A stretch of 64,000 nucleotides of DNA from a virus (lineage: Duplodnaviria; Caudoviricetes). The notes beneath the pieces are model-generated. The model was not told where the DNA came from and ran no database searches. It saw only the letters and a program-made list of their open reading frames with translations. Shown piece by piece: positions 1-8,971 of the stretch. Position 1 is the first letter of the stretch. Each line of letters begins with the position of its first letter. The DNA is taken from positions 11,572-75,571 of IMG/VR virus record IMGVR_UViG_3300025706_000022. One strand, 5' to 3'. A program made the position numbers and the translations under genes.

Positions 1-134
1 AAAGCCATTCACTTCTTTTGCCTCTAGCTTCCCTACTGCTACTGCCATACTAAGTATAGTAGCAAGAATATCTGCTACTACTTCAGCAGGCCAGGTTTCC
101 ATTAGCTCTTTAAGTTGCTTTGGTGCTTGTAGCA

Positions 135-992
135 TCAATCTTCCTTCTCAAAGTAGTTATTTACAACAGCTTTCTTTTCATTGTAGTACTCTTCAGGAAC
201 ACTCTCCTCAATGGAAGTAAGCCAAATACCACGAGTGAGTTCAAGAATCATATCACGATTATCATTCAGTAACTGAATAGAGAACTGGTGAGTAGGGTCT
301 TTGCAGTAGTCAACACCTTCTTTCATTTTAAGCTTATGCTTGATAGTGTATGTAACTGCGCCTTGTACATCTGGAGGAACTGCTCTAGGGGAAATACCAA
401 GTTGATTTGCAATCCAAACTTTAATCTTTTCCTTACCTTGTACAAGTTCCTTATGCTGTAACTGAGCTAACTCTGCAATAGCCTGGAATTGAGTCAGCAT
501 AGGCTTCATCTCTTCCTTCATCATTTCAGCGAACCCAGTCTTAATGAACTGCGTAATATGATCAGGATTTAAAAGTGCACCTGCAGTTACATTACCATGT
601 ACATCCTTAACTGCTTCACGGCCACCAGTCATGCGGGTATGTTCGTCAACAATAACATCCAAGTAATCTGGATATTGGCGGGCTATATACTTAATAGTTA
701 AATCGTATGGTACAAGATAACAAGGATAGTATTTACCACGATCATCCTTATAACTATGTGGAATTAACACTGGCTTATCTGTAGAGATTTCAGTGGATTT
801 GGCGTCGCCGACGGCGCTCACTCCACTTTGTTTTTCTACAAGTCTATTGAGACTACGCATACAATCTGCAGGGCGCTGTCCAGTAAAATCAGCAAGCTTC
901 ACCGAATTTACATAAATACCATCTTGATATTGCACAAAAAGGTCGCTCAGTTTCTTTTGCATTGCTTCTTGATTACCGATCTTGGTATTCAT
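135..992 (-). CDS. Rha-family-like phage regulatory protein
   Basis: N-terminus VNSVKLADFTGQRPADCMRSL...YKDDRGKYYPCYLV resembles the Rha-type N-terminal DNA-binding domain; helical C-terminus. Confidence 0.6.
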   Translation of the reverse strand: MNTKIGNQEAMQKKLSDLFVQYQDGIYVNSVKLADFTGQRPADCMRSLNRLVEKQSGVSAVGDAKSTEISTDKPVLIPHSYKDDRGKYYPCYLVPYDLTIKYIARQYPDYLDVIVDEHTRMTGGREAVKDVHGNVTAGALLNPDHITQFIKTGFAEMMKEEMKPMLTQFQAIAELAQLQHKELVQGKEKIKVWIANQLGISPRAVPPDVQGAVTYTIKHKLKMKEGVDYCKDPTHQFSIQLLNDNRDMILELTRGIWLTSIEESVPEEYYNEKKAVVNNYFEKED

Positions 993-1015
993 TTGTATTA
1001 CTCCTATTGATTTAA

Positions 1016-1402
1016 TCAGATGAAATTATCTGATTTGATACCCATGTGAGCCAAGCTAATATCTGCATCAATATGTGGTATGATAGCAGTATTCATTTCA
1101 ATAAGCTTACGTAGTTTATCCTTAAGCTTCTCTGTTTCCTTTTGTTTAATACCAATAAAATCACGTTTATTTAAATCCTCAAGTATAGCCTTATACTCCT
1201 TAGTACTGCTCTTAAGTCTAGAAGATAGCTTTTCAAGACCCTCTAATGTTTGAATCTCCTCATTGGATGAAAGATGCATATCATTAATAACCTCTTCTTT
1301 AGTCATACCATACGCATCTGCAATAGCATCTACTTTAAAGTATATCTTACCATCTATTACTCCAGTAAACTTATCTGGCATACCCACTCCTATAGAAAAC
1401 AA
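1016..1402 (-). CDS. Hypothetical protein, possibly DNA-binding, with coiled-coil C-terminus
   Basis: 128-aa ORF overlapping the RNAP stop; fits operon packing. Confidence 0.55.
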   Translation of the reverse strand: MFSIGVGMPDKFTGVIDGKIYFKVDAIADAYGMTKEEVINDMHLSSNEEIQTLEGLEKLSSRLKSSTKEYKAILEDLNKRDFIGIKQKETEKLKDKLRKLIEMNTAIIPHIDADISLAHMGIKSDNFI

Positions 1403-3534
1403 TACTCAGCCTTAGCAACTTCTAGTATGTTGAAATTACCAGTCTTTACTTCCAAATCATCAATACCCAACTGTTTAAGAAGATCACCAAGAGGGTTATT
1501 GTAATACAACATAATGAAACTACTTCTGACGTCTTCATGTAGTTGCTCCATACCACCAGCTAATGTACCAAATGAATCATGTACAGTTACTAGTGGCTCT
1601 TTACAATAATGTGCAGTAAGCATTAGATGTGTTGCATCCATACTATGCACAATATTTGGTGGTGCTCCAGTCTTTTGTTTAGAAGGACTTTCGCGTTTAT
1701 TGTTATTATCTCGAATAGATAATGACAACGTATCATCGTAGTATGGGGCCTTGACCTTAGTTAGTTCACCAATACGATAATCTTGCACTACTGGAAAATT
1801 AACTATAGGGGTATTCCATTCCAAAGATTTACCTACATTACCTTTGCGTTTACCAGCAGTTTCAAATAACTTAAGTAGTGCTACACTGGTAGGCATAGCC
1901 TGTTCCATGGTATCGTACACAATCTGGCCTAACCAAATAGCCCAAGCCCTGTCCATGCCTTCTAAATAATCAATACCATGCTTAGGAGCGTCTTCAATAA
2001 TCTGTTCACCAGCCCCGAAACGGGTTACGCCATAGACCATTGTCATAACCCCTCTCTTAACAAGCTTTCTACGCTCATTAGCTTCTTTTACTTTCTTCCA
2101 ATAAATTGGTGCAGCTTCTTTTATATGAGCTTGATACTTATGCTTAAATTCCTTTACTTCTTCATATAAATCCTTAGTCTCATCCTTATCAGCAGAGTGT
2201 ATAATACCCTTACGTAGCCTACTGACTTCTTTTATTATCTCTTCTAGCTTATCAACATTATCTACCTTCATCTCATTTATACGTTTCCATACAAACTCAG
2301 AGATATACTTATAAAGATCTTGAACAGACTTATTAGCGCAAAGATTAGTATGATAAGCAGTTTCTTCATCTCTAGTTAAAGCTGAGAGATGTTGACTTCC
2401 ATTGTTGCTTCCGTCTACATAGCATATTAACCGAGACACAAACTTCTCTACATCCTCACCGCTAGCACGCCATTGCTGAATGAGAGCTATTTCGATACAG
2501 GCAGCTAGAAATTGCCAGGGAGAATCTGCATCCATCCAACCAGTAAACTCATCTGGGTTATTAGCATAGTTTAAGAATACGCCCATATTATCGTTAGCCC
2601 ACTCTACTCTTTGCTCTAATGATAATTTGTCAGATTTAACACCATAAGTGGTCTTACCTGCCCAAGTTGATGCTAGGGCATGCTTAATCCACTTTTCACC
2701 ATGAACACCAAGCTCCTTACCCTCAGCTAGTAGTAATAGACTCTTAGCTAAGTCAGTACTTTGTTCATTTAGAAAGCCAGTAGCGGGGTAACAACGGCCT
2801 CTAAAATCGAAGAAGTATTGATGATAAAAGACCTTGCTCTGTAGCTCTATACCTAGGTTTATGATAGTCTCAGCAAGTCTTTTCTTTGACTCTCTAGCCA
2901 CAGGGTTAGAAGACTTGTAGTACTCCTTAAACACCTTAGTATTATCCTTAAAATGCTTAAGAGCTACTGATAGAATATTAGTATTGATTACCCATCCTCT
3001 ATTGAATAATTTATGCATCATTTCAATAGCCATAGGCGTACTCGCCTCAGTCAACCTAGCCTTGCTCCTCCTTATTAGCTTCTTAATTGGAATAGGGCAT
3101 GGCGTAAATGTAGGCTTGATTGCTGCTGCTCTAGGCCTTTCATCCCATAGGGATTTAATCTTAGACTCTTCTATATTTACAAAGATACCTTCATTATCTT
3201 CAATAATAACTTCGAATAAACCTACTAAAGAAAAGCACTTTAAGAAGAAACATCCAGTTTTACCTGCTGCATCTGGGAAATTCTCAAAAGAACTACCTGA
3301 CTGCTTTAAAATAGTTTCACCTACAGTAGCAACGATAACATTTACATTTGTATTATCAGCCATTAGATATGTAGCTATCATATCAAATGCTATATCTGTA
3401 AGACGACTGATGCTTACGCCACTCTCTTCATTTAAAAAATCCAGGAGAGGTGATTCAAATTGATCATTAAATGTCTGACTTTCTACTGCTGTATACAGTA
3501 TCTCCCTCTTCACAACAAATTCTCCATTTGACAA
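1390..3534 (-). CDS. Single-subunit T7-family DNA-directed RNA polymerase, compact (714 aa)
   Basis: DFRGR at aa 243-247, motif A YVDGSNNGSQHLSAL, motif B RKLVKRGVMTMVYG (RxxxKx7YG), PNIVHSMDATHL, motif C VHDSFG, C-terminal YCFL. Confidence 0.95.
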   Translation of the reverse strand: MSNGEFVVKREILYTAVESQTFNDQFESPLLDFLNEESGVSISRLTDIAFDMIATYLMADNTNVNVIVATVGETILKQSGSSFENFPDAAGKTGCFFLKCFSLVGLFEVIIEDNEGIFVNIEESKIKSLWDERPRAAAIKPTFTPCPIPIKKLIRRSKARLTEASTPMAIEMMHKLFNRGWVINTNILSVALKHFKDNTKVFKEYYKSSNPVARESKKRLAETIINLGIELQSKVFYHQYFFDFRGRCYPATGFLNEQSTDLAKSLLLLAEGKELGVHGEKWIKHALASTWAGKTTYGVKSDKLSLEQRVEWANDNMGVFLNYANNPDEFTGWMDADSPWQFLAACIEIALIQQWRASGEDVEKFVSRLICYVDGSNNGSQHLSALTRDEETAYHTNLCANKSVQDLYKYISEFVWKRINEMKVDNVDKLEEIIKEVSRLRKGIIHSADKDETKDLYEEVKEFKHKYQAHIKEAAPIYWKKVKEANERRKLVKRGVMTMVYGVTRFGAGEQIIEDAPKHGIDYLEGMDRAWAIWLGQIVYDTMEQAMPTSVALLKLFETAGKRKGNVGKSLEWNTPIVNFPVVQDYRIGELTKVKAPYYDDTLSLSIRDNNNKRESPSKQKTGAPPNIVHSMDATHLMLTAHYCKEPLVTVHDSFGTLAGGMEQLHEDVRSSFIMLYYNNPLGDLLKQLGIDDLEVKTGNFNILEVAKAEYCFL

Positions 3535-3556
3535 AAATAATATGATAAAAGTAGGA

Positions 3557-3579
3557 GGGAACGGCCCGAAGGCCGTCCC
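3557..3579 (-). terminator. GC-rich C(UUCG)G hairpin upstream of the RNAP gene (terminator or processing site)
   Basis: Minus strand GGGACGGCC-TTCG-GGCCGTTCCC followed by TCCTACTTTT. Confidence 0.6.
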
Positions 3580-3585
3580 CAGGTA

Positions 3586-3741
3586 CTAATAGAGAATACC
3601 TTGCAAGACTCCTATAAATGTGTATATTACCACAGTCATAACAGCCGTTGCAATAAAGCCTAATACTGATAGGTCTAAGATAAGCTTAAACAAGGCCCAT
3701 AAATTAACATACACTATTCGGACTATTAGTGAGAATGTCAT
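3586..3741 (-). CDS. Small hydrophobic membrane protein (51 aa, below ORF-track cutoff)
   Basis: Hand translation MTFSLIVRIVYVNLWALFKLILDLSVLGFIATAVMTVVIYTFIGVLQGILY; RBS AGAGG. Confidence 0.55.
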   Translation of the reverse strand: MTFSLIVRIVYVNLWALFKLILDLSVLGFIATAVMTVVIYTFIGVLQGILY

Positions 3742-3762
3742 AATTACCTCTAAATATAGCCA

Positions 3763-3903
3763 TTAACTCCAAGAAGTAACAGCAAGCCAATAAAGTGCTG
3801 CAAAGGCTATTTTAATTCCAGCTACTATAATAATCACGAATATTGTAGAGGGAAGCATTATTGATAATACTAATAGAATAGTCAGCTTAATTAGCTCACC
3901 CAT
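3763..3903 (-). CDS. Small hydrophobic membrane protein (46 aa)
   Basis: Hand translation MGELIKLTILLVLSIMLPSTIFVIIIVAGIKIAFAALYWLAVTSWS; RBS GGAGG. Confidence 0.55.
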   Translation of the reverse strand: MGELIKLTILLVLSIMLPSTIFVIIIVAGIKIAFAALYWLAVTSWS

Positions 3904-4150
3904 ACTATTACCTCCTTAAGCCTAATAAAATACCCACTTGGGACTATGGTTAACTTATTAGACACAATACTCATGTTATTACCTTTCTAGTGAAGCCCTA
4001 CTATTTTGTCGAATCGTATATTTGCAGTATCACGATGTTTTTTGAAACGAGCGATCAATGCTCTAATGAAGATTTCAGCCAGTATGGTTGACGTAGCTAA
4101 CTGTAGCTCAAAGGTAGTTTTGAAAAGTGATTTACCCTTCTTTTGGGCCA

Positions 4151-4672
4151 TCAATAACTCCACTGACTAAATTCTTCACTTAGAGCTACCAACTTAGACT
4201 TGATATAAGACTTAGTTGGCTGTACAACTGCAGTATTTAAAGGCTTGATCACGCCTTCATTTACTGGTACTACTACTCGATTATGCACAAGCTCCCCAAC
4301 ACTCGCTTCAGGAACCATTGCATTATTGAGCTTCTTTGTTACTTCAACATTCTGAGCAAGAAGCTGCTCATTCTGTTCTTTAAGTTCTACTACACGCTTA
4401 GAAAGCTCCTCATGCTCCTTACGAAGAACTTTCAACTCGTTTACAACAGGAGTGATAGTTACAAGCTCAATAAACTGATCCTGAGTCATGATATTATTGA
4501 GATCCAGATACTTCATGATACTCTCACTGTTGGTGATCACACCTACCAACATTGCAGCACTAACAATACAGATAGCTGCAAGTGAGACAAGAGCCAATAC
4601 TATCCCTTGAATAGCTTCAAAGAAGTAGATTGCAAAGCGAGCAACAGGATTGTACTTAACGATGGCGTTCAT
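4151..4672 (-). CDS. Membrane-anchored coiled-coil protein
   Basis: N-terminal hydrophobic segment followed by heptad-rich ELKVLRKEHEELSKRVVELKEQNEQL; RBS AGGAG. Confidence 0.65.
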   Translation of the reverse strand: MNAIVKYNPVARFAIYFFEAIQGIVLALVSLAAICIVSAAMLVGVITNSESIMKYLDLNNIMTQDQFIELVTITPVVNELKVLRKEHEELSKRVVELKEQNEQLLAQNVEVTKKLNNAMVPEASVGELVHNRVVVPVNEGVIKPLNTAVVQPTKSYIKSKLVALSEEFSQWSY

Positions 4673-4690
4673 TTGATTCTCCTAAACTAA

Positions 4691-4909
4691 TTAAAAATAG
4701 AACTTACGACGTGCTTCATACTTCAGTCTTGCAACCTTCTCCTCATAGAGTTCAGACTGATACTTCTTGAGACGTGATGCTTTGTCTTCAATGAAGATAC
4801 CAACTGTATACTTTATGGCACTACTGAGAATGTACCAGACTCTTTTAAACGGTCTAACCTTACTTACCTCATAAACTCTTGTTGCTTCCCCTTCTATTAC
4901 ATCTCTCAT
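4691..4909 (-). CDS. Hypothetical protein
   Basis: 72-aa ORF with ATGA overlap to neighbour. Confidence 0.55.
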   Translation of the reverse strand: MRDVIEGEATRVYEVSKVRPFKRVWYILSSAIKYTVGIFIEDKASRLKKYQSELYEEKVARLKYEARRKFYF

Positions 4910-5109
4910 TTAGACTTACTCCGATTAGTAGTAGGCCTAGCTGGGGCAAATGATTCAATAACCTTGTTACCGTAACGGTCATGAACTTGATATCCACCAT
5001 TAGAGCTGTGGTAGATCTTAGCGCTATCCATTGGAGTTACTGGCCCTTTGTAACCCTCATAAGCACAACCAGAGGTGATAAGAGTTAACACTATAAGTAA
5101 AAATTTCAT
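4906..5109 (-). CDS. Small putative lipoprotein
   Basis: MKFLLIVLTLITSGC lipobox-like signal. Confidence 0.6.
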   Translation of the reverse strand: MKFLLIVLTLITSGCAYEGYKGPVTPMDSAKIYHSSNGGYQVHDRYGNKVIESFAPARPTTNRSKSK

Positions 5110-5492
5110 TGCATCTGCTCCATAAGTTTTTCAACAGAGTTCACATAATTCATCATAGTTTGATAACCCTTTTCAGAGTCTGCACTAGTAGCACATTCCT
5201 TGTTAAACCCTGAAACCAGCTTATCACGGTTCTTGTACTTCTTAAATGCATTCACTACACCAATTGAGTACTTGCTCATAAAAGTCATAGCAGTTCTTTG
5301 CGGTATAGTAAGGGCTACATACTTCTTTTCAAAGGATAATTCGGCAGCTTCCATTGAGTTACCGCTTTTATCTATATCGTTGTAAGTTTCAATCAGGCCA
5401 CCAGTGATTTCACAGAAATTAGCCTTTGAAATACCAGCAAAAGCATTGAAAGAAACAAGAGCAGCAATGATCATAATCATCTTCTTAAACAT
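5106..5492 (-). CDS. Putative secreted/periplasmic protein
   Basis: Sec-type signal MFKKMIMIIAALVSFNAFA; two Cys; RBS AGGAG. Confidence 0.65.
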   Translation of the reverse strand: MFKKMIMIIAALVSFNAFAGISKANFCEITGGLIETYNDIDKSGNSMEAAELSFEKKYVALTIPQRTAMTFMSKYSIGVVNAFKKYKNRDKLVSGFNKECATSADSEKGYQTMMNYVNSVEKLMEQMQ

Positions 5493-5566
5493 GGTAATAC
5501 TCCTAAGTTAAATTGACATAGACACTCTCCCGAGTGTTTCGCTCATTTAGAGCTCTTCAGTATGTC

Positions 5567-5785
5567 TTACTTTCCTTCCACATAGTATGGCCACACAATG
5601 GGTACAGACTGATGCCCATTAAGCAAACACACAATGTGAATATTGTTTCGCTCTTTTTCAGGATACTTGCTAAGAGCATTATCAACTACGCGGCTCATAT
5701 CACCATGGTAAGTGGTATGGAACAAGTCATACTCCTGAGTCTCAGGGTTATAACAAACTGCAGTTACCTTTTTGCTCGTGTTCAT
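5567..5785 (-). CDS. Hypothetical protein
   Basis: 72-aa ORF with RBS AAGGAG. Confidence 0.55.
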   Translation of the reverse strand: MNTSKKVTAVCYNPETQEYDLFHTTYHGDMSRVVDNALSKYPEKERNNIHIVCLLNGHQSVPIVWPYYVEGK

Positions 5786-5968
5786 TTACATCTCCTTGAT
5801 TGAAAGCCACTTGATCATAATACTATCTTCATAAAGTGTAACCCTAAACTCGCCAGGAAAGCAGAACTTGTACTGCATAAGCACTCCCATATCATGGCTA
5901 CTCAGGGTTACACCACCCTTTTTCAACAACTCCTTAACTTCTTCTTCAGACATTTTAAGCCCTTTAAA

Positions 5969-6178
5969 TTAAAATCCTTCAGGATGAATTTGTAAGAATT
6001 GCAGCATTTTCTTACGGTATCTTGGAATTACTTGCGGATAATACTTTTGAATATATTCATGAAGCTGAACAATATCCATAGTACGCTTACGATGTGCCTG
6101 TAAAGCAGCAAGTGCAGACGGTGGTATCTCTTTCTTTTTAGGTGCTTCTGGGAAAAGATCTTCTACTAAATTAGACAT
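5969..6178 (-). CDS. Hypothetical protein
   Basis: 69-aa ORF with RBS AAGGAG directly downstream of the tRNA. Confidence 0.55.
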   Translation of the reverse strand: MSNLVEDLFPEAPKKKEIPPSALAALQAHRKRTMDIVQLHEYIQKYYPQVIPRYRKKMLQFLQIHPEGF

Positions 6179-6192
6179 TTATTTCTCCTTAA

Positions 6193-6277
6193 TGGTGCCC
6201 GTAGTGGGGATCGAACCCACATGACTTTCGTCGCTGCGTTTTAAGCACAGTGCCTATACCAATTCGGCTATACGGGC
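6193..6277 (-). tRNA. tRNA-Leu, anticodon UAA
   Basis: GCCCGTA/TACGGGC acceptor stem, anticodon arm CTGTG-CTTAAAA-CGCAG, long variable arm, GGTTCGATC T-loop, encoded CCA; 85 nt. Confidence 0.95.
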
Positions 6278-6283
6278 ATTAGC

Positions 6284-6517
6284 CTACTTCAAATCAGGGT
6301 ACAGCTCGTATATCTCATCATTAATCATCGGCTGGCCATATCCATCTTGAAGGATAAAATCGCCAGTCCTTTGGTCTATTCGAATCTGAATATACTTTAC
6401 AGTAATTCCTACTTTCATCCAATTAGTGGGCGACCTTTTAATTGCATTACTAACTGCAGTAGTAGCCCTTACTAGCTCTTCTGCATAAAACCACCCATTA
6501 AGTTTATCTTGTTTCAC
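6284..6517 (-). CDS. Hypothetical protein
   Basis: 77-aa ORF, coupled to neighbour. Confidence 0.5.
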   Translation of the reverse strand: MKQDKLNGWFYAEELVRATTAVSNAIKRSPTNWMKVGITVKYIQIRIDQRTGDFILQDGYGQPMINDEIYELYPDLK

Positions 6518-6747
6518 TTGATTCCTTCCACTTGTTCAATTTCAACTAGTTTAAAAATCCGATACAGAGAATTAGGGTTAAGCCCACTAAACTCTGCTAC
6601 GAACTGATTCGCTTCTTCCTGGCTAAACAACGAAGGCCATGAGCCCCTATTGCTACAAAGTTCACCCTGAGGGTAATCTTCATCGAATACCAGAATTGCG
6701 AGATCCTTCTCTAATGCTTTACCAAAAGACATACAAATAACCTCCAA
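6514..6747 (-). CDS. Hypothetical protein
   Basis: 77-aa ORF, coupled to neighbour. Confidence 0.5.
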   Translation of the reverse strand: MEVICMSFGKALEKDLAILVFDEDYPQGELCSNRGSWPSLFSQEEANQFVAEFSGLNPNSLYRIFKLVEIEQVEGIK

Positions 6748-7023
6748 AAATTAATGCTACCATTAGTGATGCGCAGAAAATATCCATTCCGAGACTAGAT
6801 TTCATTCTATGCCTCTAACTACTTTGAATCACGAATATTACTGAACAGGTAGATAGCCAGACTGATCACAGAAATCATGAAACCAGTCTTACCAGATTCA
6901 GCCACAACACCTTCATAAACTTCTTGATAAGTAACACGCATGGTATTTCTCCTAAGTAAAATTAAACTACATGAAATTCAACCATTGAAGCTACTCTTTC
7001 GAATAGCTCCTAGTTTGAATCTA

Positions 7024-7503
7024 TTACAAGTACTTGCCCATCAACTGCTTACCAGCATTCAAAGCCTTGTTACCAGCAGCAGTTGCAGCGTCCAATGTAG
7101 CTTGTGCAGCCTTCTTAGTCTCTTCCAGAATCTGGGAGTCAACATAAGTGGTACAGGCAAGCTGGATCGGTTCTTGACCCTTGAAGCGATCTGCAAGATA
7201 CAGATGCGAGACTATCACAGAGCCAGCGCCAAGAGCAGCGCCAGAGATAGTATCAGCAACAAGAATCGTTGCAACAGTACCAGCGGCCATTGGAGGTGCA
7301 ACAATAGCGATAGTAATACCGGATGCAACTAGCATTACACCACCACCGTATGCAGCACCTGCACCAATCGACTTCCATACTGCACTTGCTTCACACTGGT
7401 TTATTCGCTGAGCACGAGTCTGCTCAGCAGCCTTAACTTGTGTGGACAACAGTGCCAAAGCGATAACAGCAACAATAGCAACAATCAAAGATTTCTTAAG
7501 CAT
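7024..7503 (-). CDS. Signal-peptide, glycine-zipper-like membrane protein
   Basis: Signal MLKKSLIVAIVAVIALALLSTQVKA, then GAGAAYGGG...GAALGAG hydrophobic hairpin. Confidence 0.65.
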   Translation of the reverse strand: MLKKSLIVAIVAVIALALLSTQVKAAEQTRAQRINQCEASAVWKSIGAGAAYGGGVMLVASGITIAIVAPPMAAGTVATILVADTISGAALGAGSVIVSHLYLADRFKGQEPIQLACTTYVDSQILEETKKAAQATLDAATAAGNKALNAGKQLMGKYL

Positions 7504-7547
7504 GGTAATACTCCTATTTAAATTAAACTACAGTAAGTGATACCTCT

Positions 7548-7569
7548 TTCGATATCATATAAGATGGAT
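7548..7569 (-). promoter_or_regulatory. Candidate phage RNAP promoter, class A (copy 1)
   Basis: ATCCATCTTATATGATATCGAA, intergenic; near-identical copies at 8130-8151 and 10239-10260. Confidence 0.6.
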
Positions 7570-7593
7570 AGAAACCCAAAGTTAAAAACCAAG

Positions 7594-8112
7594 TTATTTT
7601 GGATCAGGAACGTGAGTGTAAGATTTATTGTTACGAATGCTCCACATCGTTTTTCTAGATTGACCATAAGACTTTGCTAAGATTGTGTCTGACATATTTG
7701 GTAATTTCATTAGCTGCTTAATTTCAAACACTTGTTCATCAGTAAGTTTACAAAGCCAATTTGGGTACACTCGTTTACTGTCATCCCTTAATCCTGTTGA
7801 AATTGCATGCTGTTGTTGATGTGACCAAGAAGCCCACTCAAGATTAGTAAGGGTGTTATTAGCCTTATTACCATCAATATGATTAACTGAGGATAATTTA
7901 TCGGGGTTAGGTATGAATGTTTCAGCAACCATTCTGTGTACATGAATTGTAATTGCTTTTCCACGAAGCTGCCCCCAAAGTCTAACTAGTCTATACCCAT
8001 CCTTATTGGGTGCAGGGTTTAATTGAAATCCGGTGTTTATATTTTTAACATTACCAAACGTAGAGATTGCATAGTGTGTACTTCTAAACTGCTTCCATAT
8101 TTCTTCAATCAT
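7594..8112 (-). CDS. Free-standing NUMOD4-HNH homing endonuclease
   Basis: EEIWKQF...YAISTFGNVKN (NUMOD4), VHRMVAETFIPNP...VNHIDGNKANNTLTNLEW (HNH), C-terminal KLTDEQVFEIK HTH-like segment. Confidence 0.9.
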   Translation of the reverse strand: MIEEIWKQFRSTHYAISTFGNVKNINTGFQLNPAPNKDGYRLVRLWGQLRGKAITIHVHRMVAETFIPNPDKLSSVNHIDGNKANNTLTNLEWASWSHQQQHAISTGLRDDSKRVYPNWLCKLTDEQVFEIKQLMKLPNMSDTILAKSYGQSRKTMWSIRNNKSYTHVPDPK

Positions 8113-8129
8113 AATTTCTCCTTGGATAT

Positions 8130-8151
8130 TTGTATATCAATTAAGATGGAG
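8130..8151 (-). promoter_or_regulatory. Candidate phage RNAP promoter, class A (copy 2)
   Basis: CTCCATCTTAATTGATATACAA, intergenic, about 20 nt upstream of the HNH start. Confidence 0.5.
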
Positions 8152-8163
8152 AAGACGGCGCAG

Positions 8164-8370
8164 TTATTTTCTCTGCTTTTTAGGCTCTTGTGACCCTTCA
8201 TAAAACTTCTTGAGTGTAGATGCAACCGTGAAGTATCCATTAAGATTGCAATTACCATTCTTAAGGTTACCATCTATGTTGCATTGAAATATTGTTTTCT
8301 TATCCTTTGCAGGTAAGATTGTGATACGGCTATATTTGCAGATGTTGCATTTATAGAGTGGGAGGGTCAT
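8164..8370 (-). CDS. Small Cys-containing (possible Zn-binding) protein
   Basis: CNIC ... C ... C pattern. Confidence 0.45.
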   Translation of the reverse strand: MTLPLYKCNICKYSRITILPAKDKKTIFQCNIDGNLKNGNCNLNGYFTVASTLKKFYEGSQEPKKQRK

Positions 8371-8632
8371 TACTAGTAGCCCCTTCTAATTTTTCTTTAT
8401 TAATCTTATTTCTAAGCCTATACCTACATAGGCTAGAGCAACATTTTTGTTTCTGTCTAACTCGTTCAAATACCTTACCACAAAAGCCACATGGCATTTG
8501 TTTTTCAATACGTGCTTGTTGCTTAAGTAACTCCCTATGTTTTCTGAGCTCCTCTTTCTGTTCTGCAATGGATGATGAGGTAAGCTCGCTCTTACGCTCA
8601 ACTGATGTCACCATTTTCTTGATCTTAGCCAT
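8351..8632 (-). CDS. Small Zn-finger-like protein
   Basis: CGFCGKVF...QKCCSSLCR motif; RBS AGGAG. Confidence 0.6.
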   Translation of the reverse strand: MAKIKKMVTSVERKSELTSSSIAEQKEELRKHRELLKQQARIEKQMPCGFCGKVFERVRQKQKCCSSLCRYRLRNKINKEKLEGATSNDPPTL

Positions 8633-8971
8633 TTATATTCTCCTATCTTAATAGGGGTTCGTCCACTTCTCGCAGGTCTCCCGACGTCCGCTTTGCCGAT
8701 ACCCCTATGATGCCAACCCCGAAAAGCGGACTACGGAGCAGGACGGGGCAAACATCCGGTTTTTCCAAAGTAGCTAGAATTGGACGTCCATGATTAATTC
8801 TTACGAATCAAGGGCTTATCGCTACGTTGCCCCCGACCCAGGTCTGACTGCTTCGACACAAAAGCGGACTAATATCATATATTACTATATAGGCTGTCCA
8901 TTTAATAATTGCTGGATTTTGGATTAATAGCCCCAAGTATTTCTACTTAGGGCCACCAATCACACTAACTA

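Noticed and set aside
8640-8900. c-di-GMP or other riboswitch
   Set aside because: GGCAAAC occurs but the GNRA loop/receptor and the remaining consensus are absent.
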